Assembly: GCA_044344255.1 (NCBI GenBank)
Contig: JBIJDH010000024.1
Location: forward strand, 32,001-96,000
DNA: 64,000 bases
Source: Myxococcota bacterium
GTDB lineage: Bacteria; Myxococcota_A; UBA796; UBA2385
Direction of reading: 5' to 3'
Part shown: piece by piece, positions 49,743 to 59,516 of the stretch
How positions within the stretch are numbered: position 1 is the stretch's first letter
Layout: each line of letters starts with the position of its first letter
The notes under the pieces: generated by a model
Seen by the model: only the letters and a program-made list of their open reading frames with translations
Databases searched by the model: none
What the model was told of the DNA's origin: nothing
Translations under genes and position numbers: made by a program

Positions 49743-50888
49743 TCAATCGGCGAGGGCGGGGCGCTTCGCGGTGCTCTTCGTCTCGAGGAAGCGCTTCGCC
49801 TTCTTCTGGCTCGGGCCGTAGACGTCGCCGATGTTGTTGTCGGTGACACGGTTGCCGTGGCTGTCCGCTTCGCCGGCCGTCGGGTTCCAGAACTCGGAGA
49901 CCAGCGTGCGCAGCCCCGCGTTCCGCGACCGATTGTCGGTGATCTGATTGTCATTCGAGGCGTTGGACACGCGCACCGAGTCGCCGGAGATGTCCTTGAA
50001 GCGGTTTCCGGAGACGGTGTTGTTCGAGCTGTGGTCGCGCAGATAGACCCCGTGGATCAGGCGGGGCCCCGTGCTCGTGCCCTTGACGTCTCCGTTCTCG
50101 AGCCCGTCGAAGACGTTGTCGGTGATCTGCGAGCCCTGGAGCCCGCGGGCGAGCACGCCGCCCACGCCGTAGCGCTGCTTGGACCAGTCGGCGGCGCCCG
50201 GCTTGGAGTGGAGGCTCCCGAGGTCTTCGAAGCGGTTGTGGTCAATCACGGCGCCGCTGAGGAAGGCCGACACGCCGCCGTCCCACTTGTGGTCTGAGCC
50301 GGACTGCGTCTGGGGGGAGATCTCGACGCCGCCCGACTCATAGCCGCGCACCGTGACGCCGCTCATCGTGAAATTGGCCGCCGCGGGGGCCGCCTCGGTG
50401 GTGCCGGCCCCGACGTTGGGCCGATAGGACAGGAAGAAGCCGGGCGTGGGCCGGCCACCCTTCAGGCCCGACACGACGGCGCCGTTGCCCTCGATCACGA
50501 GGCGCTGATCGGGGGAGTAGGTGGTCCACAGCGTCTGCTGCCGCTCATGGATGATGGAGTCGGGCGTCAGGCTCACCTTCAAGACCGGCTCGTGGGGCAC
50601 GGTGCTCGTGGGGTCCTGCTTCTGGGCCTCCACCCAGTCGTGCACCGCCTGGAGGGTCGCGAAGCGCTGGCCCAGCAGCTCGAAGGAGCCGGCGACGCGC
50701 CCCTTGTCGCCGTCGGCGGCGCGGGTGGAGCGCTCGGAGGCCTGGTCGCTGGCGAGCTGGTCCTGGGCGAGGCTGTTGCTCTGGTCGGCGCTGTCGGCGC
50801 CCCCGGCCGACCGCGCGCTGCTGGCGGCCGACTTCGCCGATGTGTCCTTCGATACGCTGCGGCTGCTGCGCTGCTGCTGACCAGACAT
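49743..50888 (-). CDS. Right-handed parallel beta-helix protein with a low-complexity N-terminus
   Basis: Repeats such as ITDNVF, VSGNRF, ITDNRS; HGVYL; no signal peptide. Confidence 0.7.
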   Translation of the reverse strand: MSGQQQRSSRSVSKDTSAKSAASSARSAGGADSADQSNSLAQDQLASDQASERSTRAADGDKGRVAGSFELLGQRFATLQAVHDWVEAQKQDPTSTVPHEPVLKVSLTPDSIIHERQQTLWTTYSPDQRLVIEGNGAVVSGLKGGRPTPGFFLSYRPNVGAGTTEAAPAAANFTMSGVTVRGYESGGVEISPQTQSGSDHKWDGGVSAFLSGAVIDHNRFEDLGSLHSKPGAADWSKQRYGVGGVLARGLQGSQITDNVFDGLENGDVKGTSTGPRLIHGVYLRDHSSNNTVSGNRFKDISGDSVRVSNASNDNQITDNRSRNAGLRTLVSEFWNPTAGEADSHGNRVTDNNIGDVYGPSQKKAKRFLETKSTAKRPALAD

Positions 50889-50911
50889 GCTCACCTCACG
50901 GAGGGCCGAGC

Positions 50912-52258
50912 TTACACCAGCTCACCGAGCGCGAGGCTCACCGCGTCTCCCTTACCGCCGAAGTGCTGATCCAGCGCGGCGGAGCGGGCGGCGATGCGGG
51001 CGTCGCGCGTGGCGCCGAGGGCCCGCGCCGCCGCGACGCCGCGCTCGAGCACCGCCCGCACGGCGACCCGGGCGCGGGTGGCGGTGTAGAAGCGCGCGCC
51101 GTGGCGGGAGAGGGCGGCCGGATCGACCTCGGCGCCGAGGCCCGGCGTCTCGGGGAGCACGAGGCTGCCTCGGTCATGCAAGAAGGGGCGCTGCAGCACG
51201 CCGTCGCGGCCCTCGGGCACCCAGCCCGGCGGATCGAGCGGGTACTCGAGCCGCACCCCCTCGCGGAAGGGGCTCGCCGCGAAGAGCTGCGTGTTGAGCG
51301 CGAAGCCGAAGCCGTTGGTCCAGGTGTGGGGGCTGTAGCGCCCGCCGGCCGCGGCCACGGCGCGGATGATCTCCCAGGTGCCGGAGACGCCGCCGTTGAA
51401 CACGGCGTCGGGCTGGTAGAGGTCAAGGCAGCCCTTGTCGAGCATCAAGCGAAACTCCGCTACCGTCTGGTTGTTGAGCTCGCCGCCGGCGACCGAGACC
51501 GCCGCGCCGGCCTCCCGCAGGCGCCGACGGAGCTCGACCTGGGCCTCGTAGGCGTCAAAGGGCAGCGGCTCCTCCACCCAGTCGAAGCCGAGGCGGGCGG
51601 CCTCGACGCAGAAGGCGGTTGCCCGATCGAGGTCCCAGCGGGGGGCGTCCGCCACCACCGCGACGCGCCAGCCCTGGTTGGCGTCGACCATCAGGCGCAC
51701 GCCGTCCCCCACGCGGGCGCGGACCGCCTGCAGCACGGCGACGTCTTCGGCGAGGGTGGGGGCGTGCACGCGCAGCTTCACGGCGCCGAAGCCCTCGGAG
51801 ACCCGCGCCGCCGCCATCTCTGCGGCCTCCGCAGGCGGGCGGCAGACCCCCGAGCTCGCGTAGAGCTGGAGCCGCGGCGCCGGGCCGGACTCACCGGAGA
51901 GCAGCCGCCAGACGGGCTTACCGGCCGCCTTGCCGAGGATGTCCCAGAGCGCGGCCTCCATCCAGGAGCAGCGCCAGCCGAGGTAGCTCATCTCGCGGAT
52001 GCGCTGGCGGATCGAGGGCACGTCGTCGGCCCGCTCGCCGAGCACGTAGCTGCCGAGCAGGGCGCCCATCCCCGAGCGCTCGTGGCCCATCGCCGGCGCC
52101 GCCGCCCAGCCCTCGAGCCCCCCCGCCGTGGTCAGGCGGAGGAGGTCAAAGTGGTTGTCCGCCATCGCCATCCCGGGGATCCAGGAGGGGCAGAAGGGGG
52201 CGGGGAGGGGCACCGAGACGTGCCAGAGGTCGATCCGATCGATCTTCATGTCGCTCAC
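50912..52258 (-). CDS. Mandelate racemase/enolase superfamily enzyme
   Basis: ALWDILGK, KLRVH, LMVDANQG, WVEEP, GGE, QPD. Confidence 0.9.
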   Translation of the reverse strand: MSDMKIDRIDLWHVSVPLPAPFCPSWIPGMAMADNHFDLLRLTTAGGLEGWAAAPAMGHERSGMGALLGSYVLGERADDVPSIRQRIREMSYLGWRCSWMEAALWDILGKAAGKPVWRLLSGESGPAPRLQLYASSGVCRPPAEAAEMAAARVSEGFGAVKLRVHAPTLAEDVAVLQAVRARVGDGVRLMVDANQGWRVAVVADAPRWDLDRATAFCVEAARLGFDWVEEPLPFDAYEAQVELRRRLREAGAAVSVAGGELNNQTVAEFRLMLDKGCLDLYQPDAVFNGGVSGTWEIIRAVAAAGGRYSPHTWTNGFGFALNTQLFAASPFREGVRLEYPLDPPGWVPEGRDGVLQRPFLHDRGSLVLPETPGLGAEVDPAALSRHGARFYTATRARVAVRAVLERGVAAARALGATRDARIAARSAALDQHFGGKGDAVSLALGELV

Positions 52259-52343
52259 GGCACACCCTTCCTGCTGCTCAATTTCATCCTGTCGCACGGT
52301 CGATCCCGCGCGGCCGAGGCCCGATTAACCCGCGACGCCGCGC

Positions 52344-54653
52344 TCAGTCGGCGCCGTAGACCCCGATGAGCCCCCGCAGCAGCGCCTCGGCGTGGCGTCG
52401 CCGCGCCCGCCGGCCCTCCGCGGCCCCGGCGGCGTGGAGCGGCTTGGCGGCCCGGAGGCTGCGGACGAGCGCCTCCACGCCCACCTCGGCCTCCCCGCGC
52501 CCGAGCACCGCCTCCCCCTCGCGGAGCACGAGGCGGACCTGCCGCAGGTCGCGGCGGGCGTCGGCCCCGGGCCCGTCTTCGAGGCGGCGGGTGGCCACGA
52601 GCAGGAGGCGACGGCCATCGGGGGCGGTGAGCGGCAGGCGGTAGCGGACGAGGCGCGCGGCGGGCTCATCGGGGTCGCGCCCGAGCAGGGTGAAGCGGCC
52701 CCCGTTGACCAGCAGCGGGGTGGGCGAGAGGGCGGGCAGCGACACCGTGCCCACCACCCGCCCGGCCGTCTCGGGCGCGCGCAGCGTGGCCTCGAGGTCA
52801 GCGTGGGTGGAGCAGAGGTCGAGCACCACCGGCGCGCCGCGGCCGCCGAGCTGGAGCGCGCCCTCGAAACGCTCGGAGAAGCGCAGGCCGAGCTTGGAGG
52901 CCGGTCGCGGGCGCGGCGGCCGCGAGGTGGAGCCGACCGTGAGGGGCGAGGCCCAGCCCCGCGCCTGGAGGGCCAGCGCGAGGCAGCGCTCGGCGAGGGC
53001 GGTGATGGTGAGCGAGGGGTTGACCCCGAGGCCGGTGGGCATCACGGCGCCGTCACAGACGAAGAGGCCCTCGTGCACCGCCACCCCGCTCGAGCCGGCG
53101 TAGACGCGGCCCTGATCGTCCACCACCCCGCGCGCGGCGTCGTCGCCCATCCCGCAGCCCCCGAGCGGGTGAACGGTGATCAGGTTGTGGTCAGTCCAGC
53201 GGTTCCACACCGGGCTCGGGATGTGCGCGCCGGACAGCGTGTCGGCGAGGGTGTGGGCCCGCCGGTCCTGAGCCTTGTAGACCGCCTGATCGCCCACGCC
53301 GGGCCAGCGGATGTGGAGCTGGTCGGCGACGAGCCGGAGCTCGCCCTTGGCGTCGTCGTGGCCCATCAGCAGCCAGACCACCGAGCGCTGCATCACGCCC
53401 CCCCGCGGGCTGAGCAGCGAGGCCGCCGCGCGGAAGGCCCGGGCGAGGGCCGGCTCGGGCCCCGAGCCCTTGGAGAGCAGGGCCGCCGAGGCGGCGAGGC
53501 CGGCCGGCAACAGCGGCACGAGGGGCCCCGGGAACACCCCGTCCTGGATGACAAAGCCCTCGGAGAGGGGCCGCTTGGGGTCGCGCCCGTCGAGCAGGCC
53601 GGCGATGGTCGGCCCCACCGGCGGCAAGGTCCCCGTCGGGGCCTCCCCCCAGCCGAGCGCCCCCTGCTCGGCCGCCGCCCCGTAGGTGATGCCGAGGAAG
53701 TCACCGTTCCCGCTGAAGGCCCGGCCGAGGCGCGGTGAGAGGGGCAGGCCCCGGTCGCGGGAGCGCAGCAGGATCTGGGTCGAGCCGAGCGCGCCGGCGC
53801 CGAGGAAGACGAGGTCAGCCTGGACCCGGTCGGGCGCGCCCAGCACCGCGTGGCCCGCCTCGTCGAGCACCTCGATGTGGACGATCCAAAAGCCCAGGCC
53901 CCGCTCGAGGTGACGCACCGAGACGCAGGTGAAGAGCTGCGCGCCGTGGTTCACGGCGTCGGGCAGGTAGTTCATCAGGGTCGTGTTCTTGGCGCGGTGG
54001 TTGCAGCCCGTCACGCAGTCCCCGCAGCCGACGCAGGGCTCCTGGTGCACGCCGACGTGGTTCGGCCCCGCGGCGCCGAAGTGGACATACTGTCCAGGGC
54101 GGCTGAACGGCGCCTGGAGGGGGGCCGCGCCCTGGGCCATGGTGGCGAGGCGAGGCAGGGCCGGCGCGCTCACGGGGTAGGCCGCCGGCTTCAGCATCTC
54201 GACGGCGCGCGCGAAGTAGGGCGCCAGCGCCCCCTCGGAGTGGAGGGCCGCCGGCCAGGACGGCTGTTGGAAGACGCGCGGATCGGGCGTGAGGGCGACG
54301 TTGGCGTTGATGAGCGAGGTGCCGCCGAGCCCGCAGCCGACCAGCACGTCGATGTCGCCGTTGACGTGGAGGTCGAGCAGGGCCGTCCGCGCCCCCATGC
54401 GCCGCGCCTTGCCCCCGAGGTTGAGCTCCACCTGCACCTCTCCGGCCGACTCGAGGGCGGTGTCGGGGTACTCCCCGGGGCGGATCTCCCGCCCCCGCTC
54501 GAGCAGGCAGACCCTCCGCCCGGCCCGGGCGAGGCGCGCCGCGGCCACCCCGCCGCCGTAGCCGGAGCCCACCACCACGGCGTCATAGCGGCCGGAGGGG
54601 GCAGAGTGTGGGTGGCGGTTCAGGGCGGAGAGGTCTTCGGAGAGTCGGGACAC
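52344..54653 (-). CDS. GMC oxidoreductase, cholesterol oxidase-like
   Basis: GSGYGG, LERGRE, GLGGTSLINAN, CVGCGDCVTGC, TVHPLGGC, GVNPSLTI. Confidence 0.88.
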   Translation of the reverse strand: MSRLSEDLSALNRHPHSAPSGRYDAVVVGSGYGGGVAAARLARAGRRVCLLERGREIRPGEYPDTALESAGEVQVELNLGGKARRMGARTALLDLHVNGDIDVLVGCGLGGTSLINANVALTPDPRVFQQPSWPAALHSEGALAPYFARAVEMLKPAAYPVSAPALPRLATMAQGAAPLQAPFSRPGQYVHFGAAGPNHVGVHQEPCVGCGDCVTGCNHRAKNTTLMNYLPDAVNHGAQLFTCVSVRHLERGLGFWIVHIEVLDEAGHAVLGAPDRVQADLVFLGAGALGSTQILLRSRDRGLPLSPRLGRAFSGNGDFLGITYGAAAEQGALGWGEAPTGTLPPVGPTIAGLLDGRDPKRPLSEGFVIQDGVFPGPLVPLLPAGLAASAALLSKGSGPEPALARAFRAAASLLSPRGGVMQRSVVWLLMGHDDAKGELRLVADQLHIRWPGVGDQAVYKAQDRRAHTLADTLSGAHIPSPVWNRWTDHNLITVHPLGGCGMGDDAARGVVDDQGRVYAGSSGVAVHEGLFVCDGAVMPTGLGVNPSLTITALAERCLALALQARGWASPLTVGSTSRPPRPRPASKLGLRFSERFEGALQLGGRGAPVVLDLCSTHADLEATLRAPETAGRVVGTVSLPALSPTPLLVNGGRFTLLGRDPDEPAARLVRYRLPLTAPDGRRLLLVATRRLEDGPGADARRDLRQVRLVLREGEAVLGRGEAEVGVEALVRSLRAAKPLHAAGAAEGRRARRRHAEALLRGLIGVYGAD

Positions 54654-54748
54654 GGGCGCTCCCAAGCGGTCTCCCCCCCTATCGCCGCGCTCCAGGCCGG
54701 GGCCGCGGCCCCTGGACAGGCTCCCGGGCGCTCTGGCAGCATGCGCCC

Positions 54749-55537
54749 ATGTCCGGCACCCCACCCCGCCCGCTCCACCCCGTCAGCGTCGCCCTCCGTC
54801 TGGTGATCGGCGCCTCCTGGGGCCTCTTCTGCCTGCTGCCCACCCTGGCGATCGCGACCCTGCTGCTGCCCTGGCGCGGCCTGCGGGTGCGCCTCGGCAA
54901 CCTCTATGCCCGCGTCGCGGCCCTGCCCTTCGTGCGCATCATGGGCTTTGACTGGCACATTGACCACCCGGAGCGGCTCGGTGGACAGCAGGCGATCTAC
55001 CTCTGTAACCACACCTCGTCGCTCGACCTCTTCCTCGGCTCGGGCCTCTGCCCGATGGGGGGCTGCGGGACCGCGAAGAAGGAGATCATCTACATCCCGG
55101 CGATCGGACAGGCCTTCTGGCTGACCGGCCACCTCCGGCTCGACCGCGGCAACACTGACAAGGCCAAGGCCTCGATGCGGGAGCTGGCGGAGGTCGTGGG
55201 CCGGCACGCGCTTTCGGTGTGGGTCTGGCCGGAGGGCACCCGCGCGAAGGACGGGCGGCTCCAGCCCTTCAAGAAGGGCTTCGTCCACATGGCGGTCGCC
55301 ACGGGCCTGCCGATCGTGCCCGTCGTGCTCGTCGGCGCCCACAAACACTGGCCAGCCAAGGGCTTCCGCCTCGTCCCGGGCACCATCGAGGTCAAGGTGC
55401 TGCCCGCGATCTCCACGGTCGGATGGACCGTCGAGGGCGCGGACGCCCACATCGCCGAGCTCCAGGCCGTGTACACTCGGGAGCTCCCCGCCGACCAGCG
55501 CCCCCTCCTCGGGCCGACCGTCCCCTCGCTCGAGTGA
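54749..55537 (+). CDS. plsC: 1-acyl-sn-glycerol-3-phosphate acyltransferase
   Basis: NHTSSLD, WPEGTR, PFKKG, PIVPV. Confidence 0.85.
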   Translation: MSGTPPRPLHPVSVALRLVIGASWGLFCLLPTLAIATLLLPWRGLRVRLGNLYARVAALPFVRIMGFDWHIDHPERLGGQQAIYLCNHTSSLDLFLGSGLCPMGGCGTAKKEIIYIPAIGQAFWLTGHLRLDRGNTDKAKASMRELAEVVGRHALSVWVWPEGTRAKDGRLQPFKKGFVHMAVATGLPIVPVVLVGAHKHWPAKGFRLVPGTIEVKVLPAISTVGWTVEGADAHIAELQAVYTRELPADQRPLLGPTVPSLE

Positions 55538-55542
55538 CCCCC

Positions 55543-55965
55543 ATGCGATTCCTCCACACGATGATCCGTGTCCTCGATCTGAACGCCACGCTGCGCTTCT
55601 TCAGCCTGGTCGGCCTCCAAGAGCTGCGCCGCCACGACTACCCCTCCGGGCGCTTCACGCTCGTCTTCCTGGGCACCGGCACGCCGGGGGACAGCGCCGA
55701 GATCGAGCTCACCCACAACTGGGATCAGGCCGAGCCCTACAGCAACGGGCGCGCCTTCGGCCACCTCGCCTTCGCCGTAGATGACATCTATGAGCTCTGC
55801 CTGCGCCTGCAGGCGGCGGAGGTGGTGATCCACCGCCCGCCCCGCGACGGGCGGATGGCCTTCGTGCGCAGCCCGGACGGCGTCTCCGTCGAGCTGCTCC
55901 AGGCCGGCAACCCCCTCCCCGTCGCCGAGCCCTGGGCCTCGATGCCCAACACCGGCACCTGGTAG
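55543..55965 (+). CDS. gloA: Lactoylglutathione lyase (glyoxalase I)
   Basis: FLHTMIRV, ELTHNWD, FGHLA, RPPRDG, SPDG...ELLQ. Confidence 0.92.
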   Translation: MRFLHTMIRVLDLNATLRFFSLVGLQELRRHDYPSGRFTLVFLGTGTPGDSAEIELTHNWDQAEPYSNGRAFGHLAFAVDDIYELCLRLQAAEVVIHRPPRDGRMAFVRSPDGVSVELLQAGNPLPVAEPWASMPNTGTW

Positions 55966-55990
55966 GGGATGCCCCTCCGCGGCCGGAGGA

Positions 55991-56764
55991 TCAGTGGCCG
56001 GAGCCGTGCCCGCCCTTGCCGCCGCCCTTGCCGGCACGGCGGGTGGTGCGCTTCGCCTCGCGATCGGCGGCCCGCGGCGGGGTGACCCGCGTGGTGGAGG
56101 GCGGTAGCCAGTCCACCATGCCGGTGTCGAGGTCGTAGACCGCGCCCATCACGTTGAGCTGGCCGGCGTGGACCCGCTCCTCGATGATGTGGCTGCCGAG
56201 CAGGGCCTCGATCTGCTGGTAGACGTTGATCCGCACCGCCCGCGAGAGGTCGGTGGTGCCCTTCAGGGCCGGCCGGATGCGGGAGAGCAGGAATTCGAGG
56301 TTGGGGCCGAGGTCATCGGAGCCGAGCGCCGCCTTGACGGCGCCGCAGCCCTCGTGGCCCATCACCACGATCGTGGGGACGTCGAGGTGCTCCGAGGCGT
56401 ACTCGACGGAGCCCGTGGTCGAGGGCTCGGCCACCTCGCCGGCGACCCGCACGGTGAAGAGCTCGCCCACGCCGGTGTCAAAGACGATCTCGGGGGGGAC
56501 GCGCGAGTCCGCGCAAGAGAGCACCGTGCACCAGGGGTGCTGGGAGGTCGAGGTGGCCGCGCGGGCCGCCGAGAAGCTGACGTTCTTTCGGACGTCGCCT
56601 CGATAGCGCTCATTGCCCGCGCGGAGGCGCGCCATGACCTCATCCGACGAGGGCTGCGCCGAGGCGGCGGACTTCGGGTGGGCCGCGGCAGCCTTGGCGG
56701 GAGGGGTCTCGGCCGCGTGGGCGAGGCCCAGGCCGAGGACGATGGCCAGCAGGATGCGATGCAC
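55991..56764 (-). CDS. Secreted beta-carbonic anhydrase
   Basis: Signal peptide; CADSRV, RVAG, GHEGCGAV. Confidence 0.92.
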   Translation of the reverse strand: MHRILLAIVLGLGLAHAAETPPAKAAAAHPKSAASAQPSSDEVMARLRAGNERYRGDVRKNVSFSAARAATSTSQHPWCTVLSCADSRVPPEIVFDTGVGELFTVRVAGEVAEPSTTGSVEYASEHLDVPTIVVMGHEGCGAVKAALGSDDLGPNLEFLLSRIRPALKGTTDLSRAVRINVYQQIEALLGSHIIEERVHAGQLNVMGAVYDLDTGMVDWLPPSTTRVTPPRAADREAKRTTRRAGKGGGKGGHGSGH

Positions 56765-56856
56765 CGGTGACTCCAAGGAGGGGGGCGTTTTCTACCACAG
56801 GTCACCCCCTCATCGGCACAAGGGCACAATAGAGGGCCGACGCCACCGGATGACCC

Positions 56857-58137
56857 GTGTCCCCCCTCCGCTCCGCCCTCCCCTCTGCCCTGGCCGCCCT
56901 CCGCCGCCCCGGGCCCCGTCGCCTGCTCATCGCCGTCTTCACCGCGATGTACCTTGTGTTCGGGCTATACCGCTCGGGGGCCACCGTCTTCGCCGGCGGC
57001 GGGGGCCGCGACTACGCGACCTACCACTACGCCGTCCAGGAGGCCGTCGCCGGGGGCGATCCCTACGACACCGCGGCGCTCGGCCTGCGGAGCGCCGCCG
57101 AGGGCACGCGCAAGTCTGTCCACCCCTTCTTCTACCCGCCCCCCTTCCTCTTCTCGATGCTCTGGGCGGCCCCCCTCTCGCTCATGACGGCCTATCGGGT
57201 CTTCTGGGCGGTCAATCAGCTCCTCCTCGTGGGCACGCTCTTCGCCCTCCGGCGCTGGTTCGGGCCCTCGCTGCTCCTGCTCGCCTTCGTCGCCGCCACC
57301 TTCAGCCCGATCCCCGACAACGCCAAGATGGGGCAGGCCAACCTGCTCGTGCTGCTGCTCGCGGTGGCCGGGCTCGCGCGCGGCAGCGGCGGCCTCGTGG
57401 GGGCGGCGGCGATGGCCAAGATGTCGCCGGCCCTCTACCTCGTGGGCTGGCTCTCTCGCCGAGAGTGGCGGCCGGTGCTCACCGCAGGGGTCACGGCGAT
57501 CGGGCTCTCCCTCCTCGCCCTGCCGCTCGTGCCGCTCGAGACCCAGCGGATGTTCTACCTCGACATCCTGCCGGGCTTCTCCTCGGGCGACTACCACGGC
57601 TTGAAGGTGAAGATCACCCTGCCCGCCAACCACTCGATCCCCGATCTCTGGAACCAGCTCTGGCCGGGGCCGAGCGGGCACGCCCTCTCCCCCGCCGCCC
57701 AGCGCGCCTCCTCGCTCTCAAGCCTCGGCCTGCTCGGCCTGCTCGGCCTCGTGGGCGCGCGCACCCGCGGGGACGCCGACCCGCTCCGCCTCGCCAACCT
57801 GATGGGCGCGCTCACCGTGCTCATGCTGATCACGCCGGTCTACACCTACGAGCACCACCTCACGCTGCTGATCCTGCCCGTCGTCGCCCTCGGCGCCGCC
57901 ATCGAGCGGGGGCGCCTCGGCCGGGGCTGGGTCGTGCTGGTCCTCGTGGCCTACTTCTTCGTCGCCTGGCCCCTCGCTTGGCTCCGCGGCCTCCAAGACC
58001 TCGTGCCCCTCCTCGACTGGCCCCTCCAGGAGAGCAAGTTCCTGGGGGCGCTCCTGCTCGGCCTCGCGAACGCGCGGGTGGCCTGGAGCCCGGCCCCGCC
58101 CGCCGCCGCCGATCAGCCCGCCCGCGCCGAGAGCTGA
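56857..58137 (+). CDS. Family 87 (DUF2029) membrane glycosyltransferase
   Basis: RDYATY, FFYPP, GQAN, AKMSP, YEHH; multiple TM segments. Confidence 0.8.
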   Translation: MSPLRSALPSALAALRRPGPRRLLIAVFTAMYLVFGLYRSGATVFAGGGGRDYATYHYAVQEAVAGGDPYDTAALGLRSAAEGTRKSVHPFFYPPPFLFSMLWAAPLSLMTAYRVFWAVNQLLLVGTLFALRRWFGPSLLLLAFVAATFSPIPDNAKMGQANLLVLLLAVAGLARGSGGLVGAAAMAKMSPALYLVGWLSRREWRPVLTAGVTAIGLSLLALPLVPLETQRMFYLDILPGFSSGDYHGLKVKITLPANHSIPDLWNQLWPGPSGHALSPAAQRASSLSSLGLLGLLGLVGARTRGDADPLRLANLMGALTVLMLITPVYTYEHHLTLLILPVVALGAAIERGRLGRGWVVLVLVAYFFVAWPLAWLRGLQDLVPLLDWPLQESKFLGALLLGLANARVAWSPAPPAAADQPARAES

Positions 58138-58211
58138 TCGAGCAGGCCGACGAGGATGTGGGCCTGGTACCAGGCGTCGTAGTCGGCGCGGTGCTTCTGA
58201 CCGAGGTCTTC
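58065..58211 (+). repeat. 147-bp direct repeat, left copy
   Basis: Matches 62828-62974 with one mismatch found (58130 a vs 62893 c). Confidence 0.95.
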
Positions 58212-58251
58212 AGACGGTCAGCGCCTTACAGGAGGCCCGCTGGGAGAGGCC
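58113..58251 (-). pseudogene. Remnant copy of the exonuclease 3' end with an internal deletion
   Basis: 58113-58211 corresponds to 62876-62974; 58211-58251 matches 63195-63235 at 37/41. Confidence 0.8.
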
Positions 58252-58579
58252 ATGACCATGAGCACGGGCATCAACACTGGGTCGCCGGATTCCAGCGGGA
58301 AGAGGCGTTTCGGTGGACGTCCGCGGGGGAGGTCGGCAAGACCAGCTCAACCGACGGATGCCTGAGCCTTGACTCCCGACCTCCACCCCGACTGGACATC
58401 GCGGGCGGCATCACGGTGTCACCGAGAAGAGGTCGAAGAGGTCGATGGTGCCCCAGTCGGAGATGCCGGGCAGAATTGGCATGAGGATTTCGCCGAGGTG
58501 GGTGAAGTTGGTGCCCTGAAGGTCGCTGTTGAAGAAGGCGATCATGGCGGCGTTCTGCCAGGGCGCGAGGCCGGGAGCC

Positions 58580-59071
58580 TCAGCCGCTTGTCGGGTAGTC
58601 GCACTCAGCATACGCTCCCGGCTCGGAGCACTCCTCCGGGCTTCGCCTCGTGAGATCGCACCACTCCTCCACGCCCATGTCGCCGCTGAAGACCCTGTCC
58701 AGCGCCGTCAGGTAGCGGCAGTCCCTTTCGCGAGTACACATCGCCACCGCACAGGGGTCATAATCGTCGCACTCGGCAGTAGGATCGGAGCGGATTTCCT
58801 CCCAGGCGACAATTCCATTCGCCACGCAGGTGTCGTAGTAATCTCTAAATTCCTCGAGAGAATACCCATCGTCACACAGCCGAGAGCTCGCACAGTCCAC
58901 GGCCGCATCCACCTCATCGTACCGATAGATGTCGAAGGTGTCGCACTCATCTTCGCCCGGGTAACCAGCCGCGCAGTCCTCATACGCCTCTTCGGGTCTG
59001 TCTCCTTTGTCCGAGCATGCGCAGAGCAGTAGGATGGCGAGCAACCCCAGGCGCTGGACGACGACCCACAT
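58580..59071 (-). CDS. Cys-rich acidic lipoprotein (163 aa)
   Basis: MWVVVQRLGLLAILLLCAC lipobox; 14 Cys; lower GC. Confidence 0.65.
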   Translation of the reverse strand: MWVVVQRLGLLAILLLCACSDKGDRPEEAYEDCAAGYPGEDECDTFDIYRYDEVDAAVDCASSRLCDDGYSLEEFRDYYDTCVANGIVAWEEIRSDPTAECDDYDPCAVAMCTRERDCRYLTALDRVFSGDMGVEEWCDLTRRSPEECSEPGAYAECDYPTSG

Positions 59072-59099
59072 GTTACTGCTGAAGGCGAATGCGGTTGTG

Positions 59100-59341
59100 G
59101 TGCTTGGAGGGGCAGCCGACTTCCTCGCGAGGTCTTTCATGGTGCGGTAACCGCTGGTAAGATAGGCGGTTCCGAGCTCCACCTTCACGCCATCGACGAT
59201 GTGGGGGTCGCTCTGCCCGCCGACATCGCCGGAGGCCTCGAAGAGATCGACCTTGAGGTGGGAGAGGGGGCGGAGCTGCGCCGCGAGGGAGACACCGGCC
59301 GGTCCGGCGCCGATGATGGCGATGCGGAGGTTCTGGGTCAT
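59100..59341 (-). pseudogene. N-terminal fragment of an FAD-dependent oxidoreductase
   Basis: IAIIGAGPAG...FEAS..VGG...VELGT; only about 80 codons before unrelated sequence. Confidence 0.7.
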
Positions 59342-59516
59342 GCGGTCGCTTAACCCGGCGCATTCAGATGCACCGATGCGCCTCTCGAGTCTCTTTGACT
59401 TTTCGGTCTTCGGCTCTCCCGCCCAGGCGGGCGTCCTCACGGAGCTCGAAGGGCCGGAGCACAAGGTCGATGAGGGCCAGGTGATCGACGTGGAGGAGCC
59501 GCCGCAGCGCTGAGCC

